DNA from: Escherichia phage DCP548
Sequence record: PQ671645.1
DNA length: 64,000 bases
Strand: one strand, 5' to 3'
Shown: one piece after another, positions 27,520 through 37,117 of the stretch
Layout: each line of letters starts with the position of its first letter
Position numbering within the stretch: position 1 is the stretch's first letter
The notes under the pieces: generated by a model
Seen by the model: the letters and a program-made list of their open reading frames with translations, nothing else
Databases searched by the model: none
Told to the model about the DNA's origin: nothing
Position numbers and translations under genes: made by a program

Positions 27520-27972
27520 TCAATCTTCTATGATATCGGAGTCATATCCTAATGAAATCAAGGACTTTTTAAACTCTGCAATATTCTTTTGTTTCTTATC
27601 ATTTAAAAATATGACAGGATAACGAATATTAAGTGAAGTGAATCCTGCACGTTTAGCAAGAGATACGATTAAAGGACGGTCATATTCAATCTTACCATTA
27701 TTAGTGAGGACTTTATAAAATGTATAAGGAGCATTGAGCTCCTTTAAAAGTTTTGTAACAGTATAACATCCCGGACAACGTCCTACTTCTTCAGGGATGC
27801 CATAAATTTCAATCTTGTTCTTTAAGTTCGAGTTTTGTTCCACGAGAAATAATTCCTTGGTAAGCCCAATAAGGAGGATTAACAGAATCCTCGCCAGAGT
27901 TTTCTTCAGGAAAATAAACCTGGATAACAAATCCAGATTCATCAAAGGTAAAATAAACTGTAGGCAGTTCAC
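27520..27972 (-). CDS. nrdH: NrdH-like glutaredoxin; true start unresolved
   Basis: Glutaredoxin core IEIYGIPEEVGRCPGCY is in the 3' two-thirds; N-terminal 50 codons of the track ORF overlap the upstream gene and no ATG/GTG/TTG lies just before the redoxin core. Confidence 0.5.
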   Translation of the reverse strand: MNCLQFILPLMNLDLLSRFIFLKKTLARILLILLIGLTKELFLVEQNSNLKNKIEIYGIPEEVGRCPGCYTVTKLLKELNAPYTFYKVLTNNGKIEYDRPLIVSLAKRAGFTSLNIRYPVIFLNDKKQKNIAEFKKSLISLGYDSDIIED

Positions 27973-28126
27973 CTAACAATTCGGCACGAGCATTAATTTC
28001 TTCGAGATCTCGTTCACGTCCAGCCCAAAAACTAGGATTTAGATTACATTCGTAAAAATAATAGTCATTACCGAACATATCAAAACCTTTCCAACTCTCT
28101 ACCACATACCGCTCAAAACTAATCAT
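27809..28126 (-). CDS. hypothetical protein
   Basis: 105-aa minus ORF overlapping the nrdH-like frame. Confidence 0.45.
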   Translation of the reverse strand: MISFERYVVESWKGFDMFGNDYYFYECNLNPSFWAGRERDLEEINARAELLGELPTVYFTFDESGFVIQVYFPEENSGEDSVNPPYWAYQGIISRGTKLELKEQD

Positions 28127-28128
28127 AA

Positions 28129-28344
28129 TTAAGCCTTTTTATCAAGAACAGAATTCAGTTTATTAGTAATTTTGTCCAAACGTTCATTGAATTCGCTGGA
28201 GGATAAACCCTTTTCCGGAGAAATTAAACTAATCAAGAAAAATACAACAGTAAAAGGAATAAGAAAAATAGCTCCAACTGCCATAAACAAAAAGAACGTT
28301 ACAGTTGTAAGAAAATCAGCTAAACCTTTACGAAATTTATACAT
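28129..28344 (-). CDS. small membrane protein
   Basis: 71 aa with a long hydrophobic segment. Confidence 0.45.
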   Translation of the reverse strand: MYKFRKGLADFLTTVTFFLFMAVGAIFLIPFTVVFFLISLISPEKGLSSSEFNERLDKITNKLNSVLDKKA

Positions 28345-28454
28345 ATTTACCCTTAATTAACTAAGCATTGATAAACACCAAACTATACTGCGAATAAAAT
28401 TCTGGACCAAAACGAAAAATCATATCATTTATAGTATCCATAATGTAATTCAAT

Positions 28455-28925
28455 TTAATCATGTTTCCACACCCCATCGGTATTTGACCAAAGTCGCTGA
28501 TTATCTGATCCTCGCCACAGTTTTTTGGTCGGAAGATTTTTCTCATACTTCCCATCAATAATAACATCAACATATTTAAGCATTTCTAGTTGTTTAATAT
28601 CTTCAAACTTATATCCTGTCCACAACCAAATGCTTTTATTGGGATAAAGATTTTTTACTGTTTGAGCAATGCAATGAACAACATCTCTGTTATCGGGATA
28701 GAGAGGGTCTCCTCCAGTTATAGTTAATCCTTCTATATAATCATTATTCAAACATTCAATTAATTGCTCTAGTGTTTCACCCGTGAATGGAATACCATTT
28801 CTAGCGTTCCATGTTGATTTATTATAACACCCTTCGCATTTATGCAAACAACCTGTAACGAAAAGAACGACCCTGCAACCAGGGCCATTCACAAAATCGC
28901 AAGGATAAAATCTATCATAATTCAT
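28455..28925 (-). CDS. nrdG: anaerobic ribonucleotide reductase activating protein NrdG (radical SAM)
   Basis: 156 aa; CDFVNGPGCR...GCLHKCEGCYN cysteine motifs. Confidence 0.9.
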   Translation of the reverse strand: MNYDRFYPCDFVNGPGCRVVLFVTGCLHKCEGCYNKSTWNARNGIPFTGETLEQLIECLNNDYIEGLTITGGDPLYPDNRDVVHCIAQTVKNLYPNKSIWLWTGYKFEDIKQLEMLKYVDVIIDGKYEKNLPTKKLWRGSDNQRLWSNTDGVWKHD

Positions 28926-30739
28926 TGGTGTTTAACCCTATGCATGATTTCTTTATTTTTGCCGAGATTAAATCCGCGTTCGTTAGGATTTCCAAGATAA
29001 CCGCATGTTCTTCTTATGGTGTTCATCTTTTTAGGGTCAGTTTCTCCACAAATAGAACAAACAAATCCGGTTTCAGTAGGAGTCATTTCATGAGTACTTC
29101 CACATGTAAAACATTTATCTACTGGCATATTAACACCAAAATAATCTAAATGTTGTGCAGCATAATCCCATACAGCCTCAAGACCTTTTAGGTTATTTTT
29201 CATATCAGGAAGTTCAACATAAGAAATATGTCCGCCAGTCGCAATGAAATGATATGGGGCTTCGCGAGAAATCTTTTCAAACGGAGTGATATTTTCTTCT
29301 ACTGAAACATGGAAACTATTAGTGTACCAGCCTTTATCAGTAACATCTTTTACACTTCCATATTTCTCGGTATCAAGTTTACAGAAGCGATAGCACAGGT
29401 TTTCAGCAGGAGTAGAATACAAGCTAAAAGCAAAACCGGTTCTTTCAGTCCACTGCTTAAGACGAGCATTCATTTTGGTCAAAATTTCCTGTCCAATATC
29501 ACGTCCGACAAGAATATTCAATTCGTGAATACCAATGTATCCTAAAGACACTGAACTTCTACCGTTTTTAAATAACTCAATTATATCGTCATCAGGTTTA
29601 AGACGAACCCCAAATGCACCTTCTTGGTAAAGAATAGGAGCAACTGTTGCTTTAACACCTTTTAAAGAACTAATTCTACACATCAAGGCTTCAAAACACA
29701 GATCCATTCGTTCATTAAATAGCTCATCAAATTTCTGTTCATTGAATTGTGTTCCAATATAAGAATCTAACGCAATACGAGGAAGATTCAGTGTTACAAC
29801 ACCAAGATTATTACGTCCATCAAGAATTTCATTTCCAGTCGAATCTTTCCATACACTCAAGAAACTACGACAACCCATTGGAGAAACAGGAATAGATGAA
29901 CCAGTGATAGCTTTATTGTTCTTAACTGAAATAATATCAGGATACATTCTTTTGCTTGCACACTCTAGAGCAAGCTGCTTAATATCATAGTTCGGGTCGT
30001 CTTTATAAAGATTGACACCCTCTTCAATGAACATAACAAGTTTAGGGAAAATAGGAGTTATTCCATCACGACCAAGGCCTTTAATGCGGTTTTTAAGAAT
30101 TGCTTTCTGAATAATTCGTTCAGTCCAGTCAGTTCCAGTACCAAATGTAATTGTTACAAAAGGCGTTTGACCGTTTGAGCTAAAAAGAGTATTTACTTCA
30201 TACTCATAAGCTTGAAATGCATCGTATACGTCTTTTTCTGTTTTAGATTGGGCGTAATTCAACGCATCAGCGATTTGCCATTTTTCTGCATCCTCAATAT
30301 GTTTTGCATAGGTGCGTTTAACATAAGGAGAAAGTACTTTATCTACATTAGCAAAAGTCGTTCCGCCGTACTGATGTGAAGCAACCTGTGCGGTAATTTG
30401 TGCCATAATTGCAGTAGCAACACCAATCGATTTAGGCGTTTCAATTTGAGCATTGCCTAATTTAAATCCATTCTCAAGCATCCCCTTTAAATCGACTAAA
30501 CAGCAATTAGTAAATGGAAGAGCAGGGGAATAATCAATATCATGGAAATGGATAATTCCGCTTTCATGTGCTTTCATAATAAAAGACGGGACCATATTTT
30601 TGGCAATGTGCTTAGACACAATACCAGCCATAAGGTCCCGTTGAGTTGGAAAAACACGAGAATCTTTATTAGCATTCTCGTTCAAAAGATCTTTATTAGT
30701 TTTATGAATTAATCCTTCAATTTCTTTTTCAATTTTCAT
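28922..30739 (-). CDS. nrdD: anaerobic ribonucleoside-triphosphate reductase NrdD
   Basis: 605 aa; C-terminal zinc site CFTCGS...CSICG and glycyl-radical motif RRTCGYLG; uninterrupted. Confidence 0.93.
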   Translation of the reverse strand: MKIEKEIEGLIHKTNKDLLNENANKDSRVFPTQRDLMAGIVSKHIAKNMVPSFIMKAHESGIIHFHDIDYSPALPFTNCCLVDLKGMLENGFKLGNAQIETPKSIGVATAIMAQITAQVASHQYGGTTFANVDKVLSPYVKRTYAKHIEDAEKWQIADALNYAQSKTEKDVYDAFQAYEYEVNTLFSSNGQTPFVTITFGTGTDWTERIIQKAILKNRIKGLGRDGITPIFPKLVMFIEEGVNLYKDDPNYDIKQLALECASKRMYPDIISVKNNKAITGSSIPVSPMGCRSFLSVWKDSTGNEILDGRNNLGVVTLNLPRIALDSYIGTQFNEQKFDELFNERMDLCFEALMCRISSLKGVKATVAPILYQEGAFGVRLKPDDDIIELFKNGRSSVSLGYIGIHELNILVGRDIGQEILTKMNARLKQWTERTGFAFSLYSTPAENLCYRFCKLDTEKYGSVKDVTDKGWYTNSFHVSVEENITPFEKISREAPYHFIATGGHISYVELPDMKNNLKGLEAVWDYAAQHLDYFGVNMPVDKCFTCGSTHEMTPTETGFVCSICGETDPKKMNTIRRTCGYLGNPNERGFNLGKNKEIMHRVKHQ

Positions 30740-31209
30740 TTTAAACTCTTTCTAAGCTGCTTTTTGAATGAAGCTATTAATTGTGTTTTGGTATCAGATT
30801 CATTATATTCAAATCCTCTTTGAAGCATCTCAGCCATCATTTCCTCTTTACCTAGTCTTGAGAACTCTTTAGTTTTGTCTGGAACAAAATTAGGATGGAT
30901 ATTATTATCAGAATAATCTTGTTTCAAATAAGCAAGAAGAGCTTCAAGCCATTCGAGGTAGTCGACATCACGTCCTTTAAGACCGGAACGGTTGAACTTA
31001 TGCTTCATTTGGCCTTCTGCTGCGTTGCACAGATTACAGAGTAATCCACGAACTCTACCGGCTTTTGGCCCGTTTAATTCATGGTCGTGGTCAAGATGGT
31101 TACCTTGAACATCAGGGTCTAATTCACGGTGGCAAATAGGACACTTACCATTCTGTGCATCATAAAATTTTTGTTTTTCTTCTTTGTATAATTTGCCAGA
31201 TAATAACAT
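30736..31209 (-). CDS. 49: endonuclease VII (Holliday-junction resolvase) gp49
   Basis: 157 aa; MLLSGKLYKEEKQKFYDAQNGKCPIC...HLDHDHELNGPKAG matches remembered T4 endo VII. Confidence 0.93.
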   Translation of the reverse strand: MLLSGKLYKEEKQKFYDAQNGKCPICHRELDPDVQGNHLDHDHELNGPKAGRVRGLLCNLCNAAEGQMKHKFNRSGLKGRDVDYLEWLEALLAYLKQDYSDNNIHPNFVPDKTKEFSRLGKEEMMAEMLQRGFEYNESDTKTQLIASFKKQLRKSLK

Positions 31210-31215
31210 AATAAA

Positions 31216-31245
31216 CCCTTACCATATTAGATAAGGGTATTTATA
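31216..31245 (-). promoter_or_regulatory. gene 49 leader hairpin overlapping a late-promoter-like TATAAATA
   Basis: Stem CCCTTA...TAAGGG at 31216..31237 next to the RBS; minus-strand TATAAATA at 31245..31238. Confidence 0.5.
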
Positions 31246-31247
31246 AT

Positions 31248-31427
31248 TTAATAAATGTTATAAAAGTCACGATGGAAACGTTTGTATTGGCGAATCATTC
31301 TTTTAGTAGGACGTGTTACCGAAATGATTGAAGTCCTCATGTTCGGATTGTTTGGAGCACCAATTATAACAAATTTCCAAGATTTTTGACCGTTTGTTCT
31401 TTCGCCAAAAAATAATGCAGTTTTCAT
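31248..31427 (-). CDS. small basic protein, paralog-family member (59 aa)
   Basis: Hand-found; ...VTRPTKRMIRQYKRFHRDFYNIY; below track cut-off. Confidence 0.4.
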   Translation of the reverse strand: MKTALFFGERTNGQKSWKFVIIGAPNNPNMRTSIISVTRPTKRMIRQYKRFHRDFYNIY

Positions 31428-31436
31428 AATAAGCCC

Positions 31437-31850
31437 TTAACTTAAACGTCTTTCTAAATATTCAATGTATTCCGCTGCGGCTTGCATCAGATTACCTTCA
31501 TAACCGTCATTATTTTCTTGGGCGGCTAATTTAGCTAAAGCATAAGAAATACGTTCACCTTCGAATTCGCCAAGTCCACCATCACAAACTACTTGGTCAA
31601 TTTCTTCGAGTTCATCTATTGAATGGGATTCCCAGAAGCACCAAAGAGAAGTATCACGGTCATAGATGCAAAGTTTCTCACCTGTGTTCAACATCACTTC
31701 GATAATGCCATGGTCGCCATAACCATCTTCGGTAGTAGTACCAATTACCTTGATGATCGTATCTTTCTTTAATTCAGGAAACTTATCTTGGAGTTCTTCG
31801 TCTTCTTTAACAATCTTGAACCATTTACCGCGAGTTTCAGAAATATTCAT
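31437..31850 (-). CDS. hypothetical acidic protein
   Basis: Track ORF trimmed to ATG at 31850 (MNISETRGKW...) because the upstream part overlaps ORF 31852..32049. Confidence 0.45.
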   Translation of the reverse strand: MNISETRGKWFKIVKEDEELQDKFPELKKDTIIKVIGTTTEDGYGDHGIIEVMLNTGEKLCIYDRDTSLWCFWESHSIDELEEIDQVVCDGGLGEFEGERISYALAKLAAQENNDGYEGNLMQAAAEYIEYLERRLS

Positions 31851-31851
31851 A

Positions 31852-32049
31852 TCAATATTCTCTATAAAAGTTACGATGGGAACGTTTAGCTTTGCGAAGC
31901 TGACGTTTAGTAGGACGAACTGTAAATGGTTGTCCAGAGAAAAAATTCGGATCGGTTTTAATAAGCAAATACCAATCATGCTTGCCATTTTTTAATAAAC
32001 GGTACAATAATTTAACTTGCATAATAATCTCTTCCCATTTCCATATCAA
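31852..32049 (-). CDS. small basic protein, paralog-family member
   Basis: 65 aa ending ...FTVRPTKRQLRKAKRSHRNFYREY. Confidence 0.45.
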   Translation of the reverse strand: MIWKWEEIIMQVKLLYRLLKNGKHDWYLLIKTDPNFFSGQPFTVRPTKRQLRKAKRSHRNFYREY

Positions 32050-32150
32050 TTAATTCATTTATTGAAGGTTCATCATAACACGTTTCTTCGTCATTGTAAA
32101 CTGTTTCGACGTCTGGCTCGACTGTCTCCCATCGAGCCGAATACCACGGT

Positions 32151-32507
32151 TTAACCCCGGAGTTTATTGAGCTCTTCATAATCAATCCAGGATTCTAGTC
32201 CGGATGGCAGGTCACATTCAATGTTCCACAGAAGCTCTTCAATGGCTTGCAGGCGATTATATTCTTCAACGGTAATGGTAACCATTGGTGCAACCGGTTC
32301 TGCCTTTTTAACCATCATATCGTTCATCAGGACGTAAAGGTCATCACGAACGACAGTGTCGTTCCAACCCCATGATTTGGCTTCGTAAGCTAATGATGAA
32401 GGGAGCACATTTAAAACTTCAATAATAGTTGGAGCATCAGGACCAAGTTCATTGGCACAAACTTCGTATACATCTTGGAAATCTTTAAGATTTAATGAAT
32501 ATGTCAT
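32151..32507 (-). CDS. hypothetical acidic protein
   Basis: 118-aa minus ORF. Confidence 0.45.
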   Translation of the reverse strand: MTYSLNLKDFQDVYEVCANELGPDAPTIIEVLNVLPSSLAYEAKSWGWNDTVVRDDLYVLMNDMMVKKAEPVAPMVTITVEEYNRLQAIEELLWNIECDLPSGLESWIDYEELNKLRG

Positions 32508-32782
32508 TTAAAATATTCTCGTAGTTGGTCAAATCCACCAATGTGACTTCCGTCAGGAGCAAACACTTGAGGCATAGTCAATCCGACTTGTGATTCACGT
32601 CCAAGCTTAACCAGAAGCTCAGCAATTTTCTCATCGTCAAACACACCTTTTTCTGGCATAACATTAATGAATTCAAATGGCTGTTTCTTAACAGTCAGCA
32701 ATCGTTTCGCATTATCACAATAAATGCATTTATGAATAGTAGAGTCATACCCGTACACTTTAAACATTATTTTTCCTTTCAT
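32504..32782 (-). CDS. nrdC: thioredoxin/glutaredoxin NrdC
   Basis: FKVYGYDSTIHKCIYCDNAKRLL...GGFDQLREYFK matches remembered T4 NrdC; track start likely a few codons too long. Confidence 0.88.
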   Translation of the reverse strand: MKGKIMFKVYGYDSTIHKCIYCDNAKRLLTVKKQPFEFINVMPEKGVFDDEKIAELLVKLGRESQVGLTMPQVFAPDGSHIGGFDQLREYFK

Positions 32783-33173
32783 CGATTAAATATGCAACGC
32801 CAAATACAATACATGTAATAAAACCTGTGATACAGATAGAAACCAACAACACTGTACCAAAGAACCAAATCAAGTTATCTTTAGTAGTTTGTTTGATATC
32901 CATCTCACGAATTTCTATAGCTATCGTATCACCTTTATTCAGAAGCGTATAAAACGATGGCGATACACGCCTGTCAAAAACTCGTCCTTGCTCATCTTTA
33001 TAGACTGCAATAAATTCTAATTTAGAATATTTTCCTGTAGATTGGCCTGAGATTAATTCCACTACCTCCACAGGAATTACTTTAGTTTCCATGTAAGTAT
33101 TCTGGCTGTTCCAAATGAATGGAATAATAGTAAAAACTAAAGCTGCGATAAAACAACGAAGGCTATATCTCAT
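32760..33173 (-). CDS. membrane protein
   Basis: 137 aa with N- and C-terminal TM segments. Confidence 0.45.
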   Translation of the reverse strand: MRYSLRCFIAALVFTIIPFIWNSQNTYMETKVIPVEVVELISGQSTGKYSKLEFIAVYKDEQGRVFDRRVSPSFYTLLNKGDTIAIEIREMDIKQTTKDNLIWFFGTVLLVSICITGFITCIVFGVAYLIDERKNNV

Positions 33174-33478
33174 TATAATGTTCTCTCAAATTTGTGGAAG
33201 CATTTACGGCATTTCAATTTCAAGTTATCAGTGGTCCAGTTAACCAGTTGGACTTGGATAGTTCCACATTCCGGGCACGGATGTTTTGCTGCCGATTTGG
33301 CAGCATTTTCACGTCGTTCAACCATTTTCATTATTTCGTTCCATGCCGGAGGAACGAACTCTTCTTCAACGTGGATTTTATCTCGCTGAACAAATTCAAT
33401 CTTTGAACTATCGTCAATAAACTTAACCAAACCGTGATTAGTGTTCATATCAATATCCTCTAAAAGACGTAGTTTCAT
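33173..33478 (-). CDS. putative zinc-ribbon protein
   Basis: 101 aa; CPECG...CRKC pair. Confidence 0.45.
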   Translation of the reverse strand: MKLRLLEDIDMNTNHGLVKFIDDSSKIEFVQRDKIHVEEEFVPPAWNEIMKMVERRENAAKSAAKHPCPECGTIQVQLVNWTTDNLKLKCRKCFHKFERTL

Positions 33479-34422
33479 TATAAAACCTCAATGGCATTTC
33501 GTAAACCATCAGCTTTTGCATTCAGAGCTTTTAATGATTTAGTTTGTTCTGCAATCTGGGCTTCGACTTCTTTCAGGCGAGATTTGAGATATTCGCGTTC
33601 TTCTCTTAAGTTATCAACTTTTTCTGCTTTAGGCTCTTTAATAGGCTTATACTCGTTAGGGTTCTTCAACTTAATTTGAATGCGAGAACTGTATAACATT
33701 GAACCATTATCTTCGGTTTCATCATACATTTCTACCACGTCCATGATTCTTAACATCATGCGAAGTTTATAAGACAGCGAACGAATGGTTTTGTTGTGCT
33801 TATTAATTTCTTCGGCTTTCATGGTACCGAGATTACGTGAGTAGTAATAAGGAACCTGGATATCAATTGATAACGATGCGGTACCATTACCTGTTGGTTT
33901 GAACACTGCAGTAACCCAATCTTTAGCATGAACTGTATTTGTACGATCATCGCCACCTGTGAATAATTTACGTGAATGTTTAAAAAGCATATTCACTTGG
34001 TTATTGAATTCACAAGCAAATTTATCAGCAAATTTAGTTTCAGGAATGGTAGATAACCAATCAGCCAAATGAGTCTTTTTAACATCATTAACAATAGTGA
34101 ATTCAACCAAATCGGTTTTAGATGTCACAGATTTAATAAAGCTCGGCTTCATAAAGTTTTTAATGTTATCGCGAGCTACAGTAGAAGATAATAAACGAGA
34201 ACGTTTGAACCATTGAAGCAGTGTCCCTAATGAATGAGAATATGCATTCTGAGTATCTTTACAGATATGATTTTCTTGGCCTGTGTATGTACCAAAATCG
34301 CGAAGAATACCACTTACTACAACTCGGTGTGGAACATCAAATCCTAATGAACCAGAAGCACGTTGGGCATGAACGTTAGCGATAAGACCTGCAAAATAAT
34401 CAATGTAATGTGAACGTGTCAT
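33478..34422 (-). CDS. hypothetical protein with C-terminal coiled coil
   Basis: 314 aa; heptad-rich C-terminus; own promoter upstream. Confidence 0.5.
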   Translation of the reverse strand: MTRSHYIDYFAGLIANVHAQRASGSLGFDVPHRVVVSGILRDFGTYTGQENHICKDTQNAYSHSLGTLLQWFKRSRLLSSTVARDNIKNFMKPSFIKSVTSKTDLVEFTIVNDVKKTHLADWLSTIPETKFADKFACEFNNQVNMLFKHSRKLFTGGDDRTNTVHAKDWVTAVFKPTGNGTASLSIDIQVPYYYSRNLGTMKAEEINKHNKTIRSLSYKLRMMLRIMDVVEMYDETEDNGSMLYSSRIQIKLKNPNEYKPIKEPKAEKVDNLREEREYLKSRLKEVEAQIAEQTKSLKALNAKADGLRNAIEVL

Positions 34423-34450
34423 AATATTTTCCTCTCGTTAAGATAGAAAG

Positions 34451-34480
34451 ATTATACTCCAACCATCCTTGGTTGTAAAC
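34451..34480 (-). promoter_or_regulatory. early promoter with palindromic spacer
   Basis: Minus GTTTAC, aaCCAAGGATGGTTGGag, TATAAT. Confidence 0.55.
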
Positions 34481-34484
34481 TGAT

Positions 34485-35420
34485 TTATGATTTTAATGCA
34501 TTCATTGCGTTAAAAAGTTTAGAGTACTGCAACTGGAGCTTGGTAACTACTTGTTGAGCATCACGAAGCTTAGCTTGTGCTTTGTCAAGTTCAACAGACA
34601 GTTGGTCCACAGTGGCTTTGATTTGATTATAATAGTAATCTTCGGCAGGAAGAAGACCGTTAGAGATTTCCAGTTTAGTCGACGGTGAAGTGTATATAGA
34701 TGGAGCAGTAAAATATGCACCTTGAACTTCAGCATTGCCAATTGGGGTTGTAGTAATTGACGCTTCGAACGTTGCATTTTCCTTTTTAAGATTTTGATAG
34801 TATTCAGAGTCTTTGTGCCACCATGGCGCAGGAACCTTTTTACCAATAGATACACGAGCCTGGATAGCGATATGACCCTTATTCTTGATAGGGTTGATAA
34901 TATTAAGCTCACGAGAATAAATTGCTTTAATCTGGTGGATATTATCACCTAACACTTCCAACGCTTGGTGGAATACACGAGCAACGTTATCATTCTTAGG
35001 TTTATACGTAAGAGTGAACTCGTTCTCACTGATAACCATGATTTCTAACTTATCGTAAGTATATTTCAAATGTTTCATGTTAATTGCTTGAGGACGAATA
35101 CGAGAAGCAATGGCCATCAGATTGTTAAGGTTATTCCTGAACTGCTTAGCGAAATATTGTCCTTCACCGCCAATACAAAAATTACGAAGTTTCTGTTTGG
35201 CTAATAAACGGCTGAACTCACCATTTTTAATGAACTCTTTAACGGGTGTGTTAGTAACGCATTCAAATTGAGTAAACTTACGAGAATTAATCCCATAATA
35301 TGAACAGATTTCCTCAATCTCTTCAGGAGTCTTTACAGGCATACGGATAGGATTAGGTCCTGGGGTATATGCGTTCGAGGTAAATTCTTTGATAAGTTCT
35401 CTACGTGTAATAGAAGCCAT
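34485..35420 (-). CDS. hypothetical protein with C-terminal coiled coil
   Basis: 311 aa; own promoter upstream. Confidence 0.5.
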   Translation of the reverse strand: MASITRRELIKEFTSNAYTPGPNPIRMPVKTPEEIEEICSYYGINSRKFTQFECVTNTPVKEFIKNGEFSRLLAKQKLRNFCIGGEGQYFAKQFRNNLNNLMAIASRIRPQAINMKHLKYTYDKLEIMVISENEFTLTYKPKNDNVARVFHQALEVLGDNIHQIKAIYSRELNIINPIKNKGHIAIQARVSIGKKVPAPWWHKDSEYYQNLKKENATFEASITTTPIGNAEVQGAYFTAPSIYTSPSTKLEISNGLLPAEDYYYNQIKATVDQLSVELDKAQAKLRDAQQVVTKLQLQYSKLFNAMNALKS

Positions 35421-35446
35421 TTTATATTCCTCATGTTGAAAAATTT

Positions 35447-35476
35447 ATTATACTCCAACCATCCTTGGTTGTACAT
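35447..35476 (-). promoter_or_regulatory. early promoter with palindromic spacer
   Basis: Minus ATGTAC, aaCCAAGGATGGTTGGag, TATAAT; near-copy of the 34451..34480 element. Confidence 0.5.
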
Positions 35477-36471
35477 CATTCCTTAAGAAGTTTTACTACC
35501 TGAATAAGATTAGCTCGTTCTGTTTTATTTTTACTGTTTAAGCCTGCTAATCGTGAGATTTCATCGTCAGTCTGTTGAATAGTTACATTAAGTTCGTTAA
35601 TCAAAGCTTCAAAGTATTTGATTTGCTCAGCATGTTTTGATTCGAATTTCTGAACCGGAATAACGTCTTGGTTTAGTTCATCAATAAGGTCTTTAAGAGC
35701 ATCTTCTTGGTTGATATCATATTCAACTTCTTTTATTTCTTCAACGAGCTCGTCTTTATATCTAACGTCTTTTAGTCCTGGTGCTGGTCCTGAAATCTCT
35801 TCTTTAAGAGTACAAACATATCCAATACGGTATCCAATGCTGTCTCGCTTGATATCAACTTCGTCAATAAATCCACAATGTTTAAGACCAGAGCCGATTA
35901 GGTCAAAATATCCTTGACGTCGTCCTTCAAACGTTACACGAACTACTAAGACAGTTTTACCTGCGACCTTTTGAAGCTCACATTTATAAAAGTCTGTTGA
36001 ACCTGAATAACGTGGATGAGTTTTAAAGTTCATCTGACGATCTAGGCCCATTTGTAAGCGTGCTGATACGGCCATAAAACGTGTTTGATTCTCGTTAAGA
36101 TGAGCAACAATCCATTTCAAAGGCATTTTACACTGTTCACGACCGAACAAATCAGTACGTCCTAGATTACGCAGGATGTTGTTAGAGTTAATCATCGACA
36201 GAACGTTAAGTTTATTCAGCGCGCTGAAGATTCCATCGGCCATTGATTTTCCGTAACCTTTACACGCTTTAATAAGCGCTCGTGGTAGGTTAGTATAGAT
36301 TTCAGACGGCATATGAAAATCAAATTTACTAGTCAGTAATTGATGAACTTGGATAGCAATTTGCTCATAATTAAGTGCTCTGCGATCATTATGGTCTTTA
36401 AACCACACTTTAATCTGTGAAGCACATAAACCGTTAATTTCATGTTTTACCGCATCAGATGTAATGCTCAT
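35476..36471 (-). CDS. hypothetical protein with C-terminal coiled coil
   Basis: 331 aa; own promoter-like element upstream. Confidence 0.5.
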   Translation of the reverse strand: MSITSDAVKHEINGLCASQIKVWFKDHNDRRALNYEQIAIQVHQLLTSKFDFHMPSEIYTNLPRALIKACKGYGKSMADGIFSALNKLNVLSMINSNNILRNLGRTDLFGREQCKMPLKWIVAHLNENQTRFMAVSARLQMGLDRQMNFKTHPRYSGSTDFYKCELQKVAGKTVLVVRVTFEGRRQGYFDLIGSGLKHCGFIDEVDIKRDSIGYRIGYVCTLKEEISGPAPGLKDVRYKDELVEEIKEVEYDINQEDALKDLIDELNQDVIPVQKFESKHAEQIKYFEALINELNVTIQQTDDEISRLAGLNSKNKTERANLIQVVKLLKE

Positions 36472-36533
36472 AACTATTTCCTCAGATTGAATTGGAACTC
36501 AAAACCATTATAACCCGTCCTTGGGTAAAGCGT

Positions 36534-37061
36534 TTATGCGTGAACCGTCTTTAAACGTTCTTCAAATTTCCGAAGAGTACTAATACGTTCTGCTTTCTGT
36601 TTTGTATAGTTTGCAATACGTTCTGAAGTGAGAGCGTATCGTTCATTTACTGTTTCTTTCATGAAGTCAGGGATTTCACGAGAAGCTTTAATTTCGTCAA
36701 ACTTGTCGAGTACTGCCTGGTCTTCAGCGATTAAATTTTCGTACATCTCGATATCTTTCTTGATAAACTCGATATCTTCCTGGGTTACTTTGGATAAACG
36801 AGATGCTTTATCCTTTTTGTACTGCTCGTTAGTTTCACGAGACCAGAATAATGTACGTTTTTTGTTAGTGTTTTTGTAGACTTCCACAATTCCAACTGAA
36901 TCGATGATAGCAATCCAATTCCAGCGAGATTTGAAAATCTGACCTCCGTCCACGGTAATCTCGTTACCATAAGCAACGTCATTAAAGAACTTGCTTTGTG
37001 CTTCAGATTTAAATTTACCGTCGTTATAATTTACCAGGTTGAAAATATCTTTAGCGTTCAT
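36534..37061 (-). CDS. hypothetical protein
   Basis: 175-aa minus ORF; early promoter upstream. Confidence 0.5.
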   Translation of the reverse strand: MNAKDIFNLVNYNDGKFKSEAQSKFFNDVAYGNEITVDGGQIFKSRWNWIAIIDSVGIVEVYKNTNKKRTLFWSRETNEQYKKDKASRLSKVTQEDIEFIKKDIEMYENLIAEDQAVLDKFDEIKASREIPDFMKETVNERYALTSERIANYTKQKAERISTLRKFEERLKTVHA

Positions 37062-37084
37062 GTTTTACCTCCAGTAGTTGATAG

Positions 37085-37117
37085 GTCTATAATAACATAA
37101 CTATAGACCTTGTAAAC
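37085..37117 (-). promoter_or_regulatory. early promoter with inverted repeat
   Basis: Minus GTTTAC, spacer, TATTAT; inverted repeat GGTCTATA/TATAGACC. Confidence 0.5.

Noticed and set aside
27520-27972. Long hydrophobic N-terminal extension of the nrdH-like ORF as a real membrane anchor
   Set aside because: It overlaps the upstream gene in another frame and looks like a read-through artefact of the ORF caller; kept as a start-site problem instead.
28922-30739. Group I intron or intein in nrdD
   Set aside because: The nrdD frame is uninterrupted and the right length for the enzyme; no intron-like non-coding insert seen.
34547-34948. Nested minus-strand ORFs in alternative frames (also 9198..9455, 16482..16721, 18309..18503, 21492..21749, 56152..56460, 47767..47985 and similar)
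   Set aside because: Wholly contained in or heavily overlapping a longer ORF with recognisable identity or better start context; low-complexity translations.
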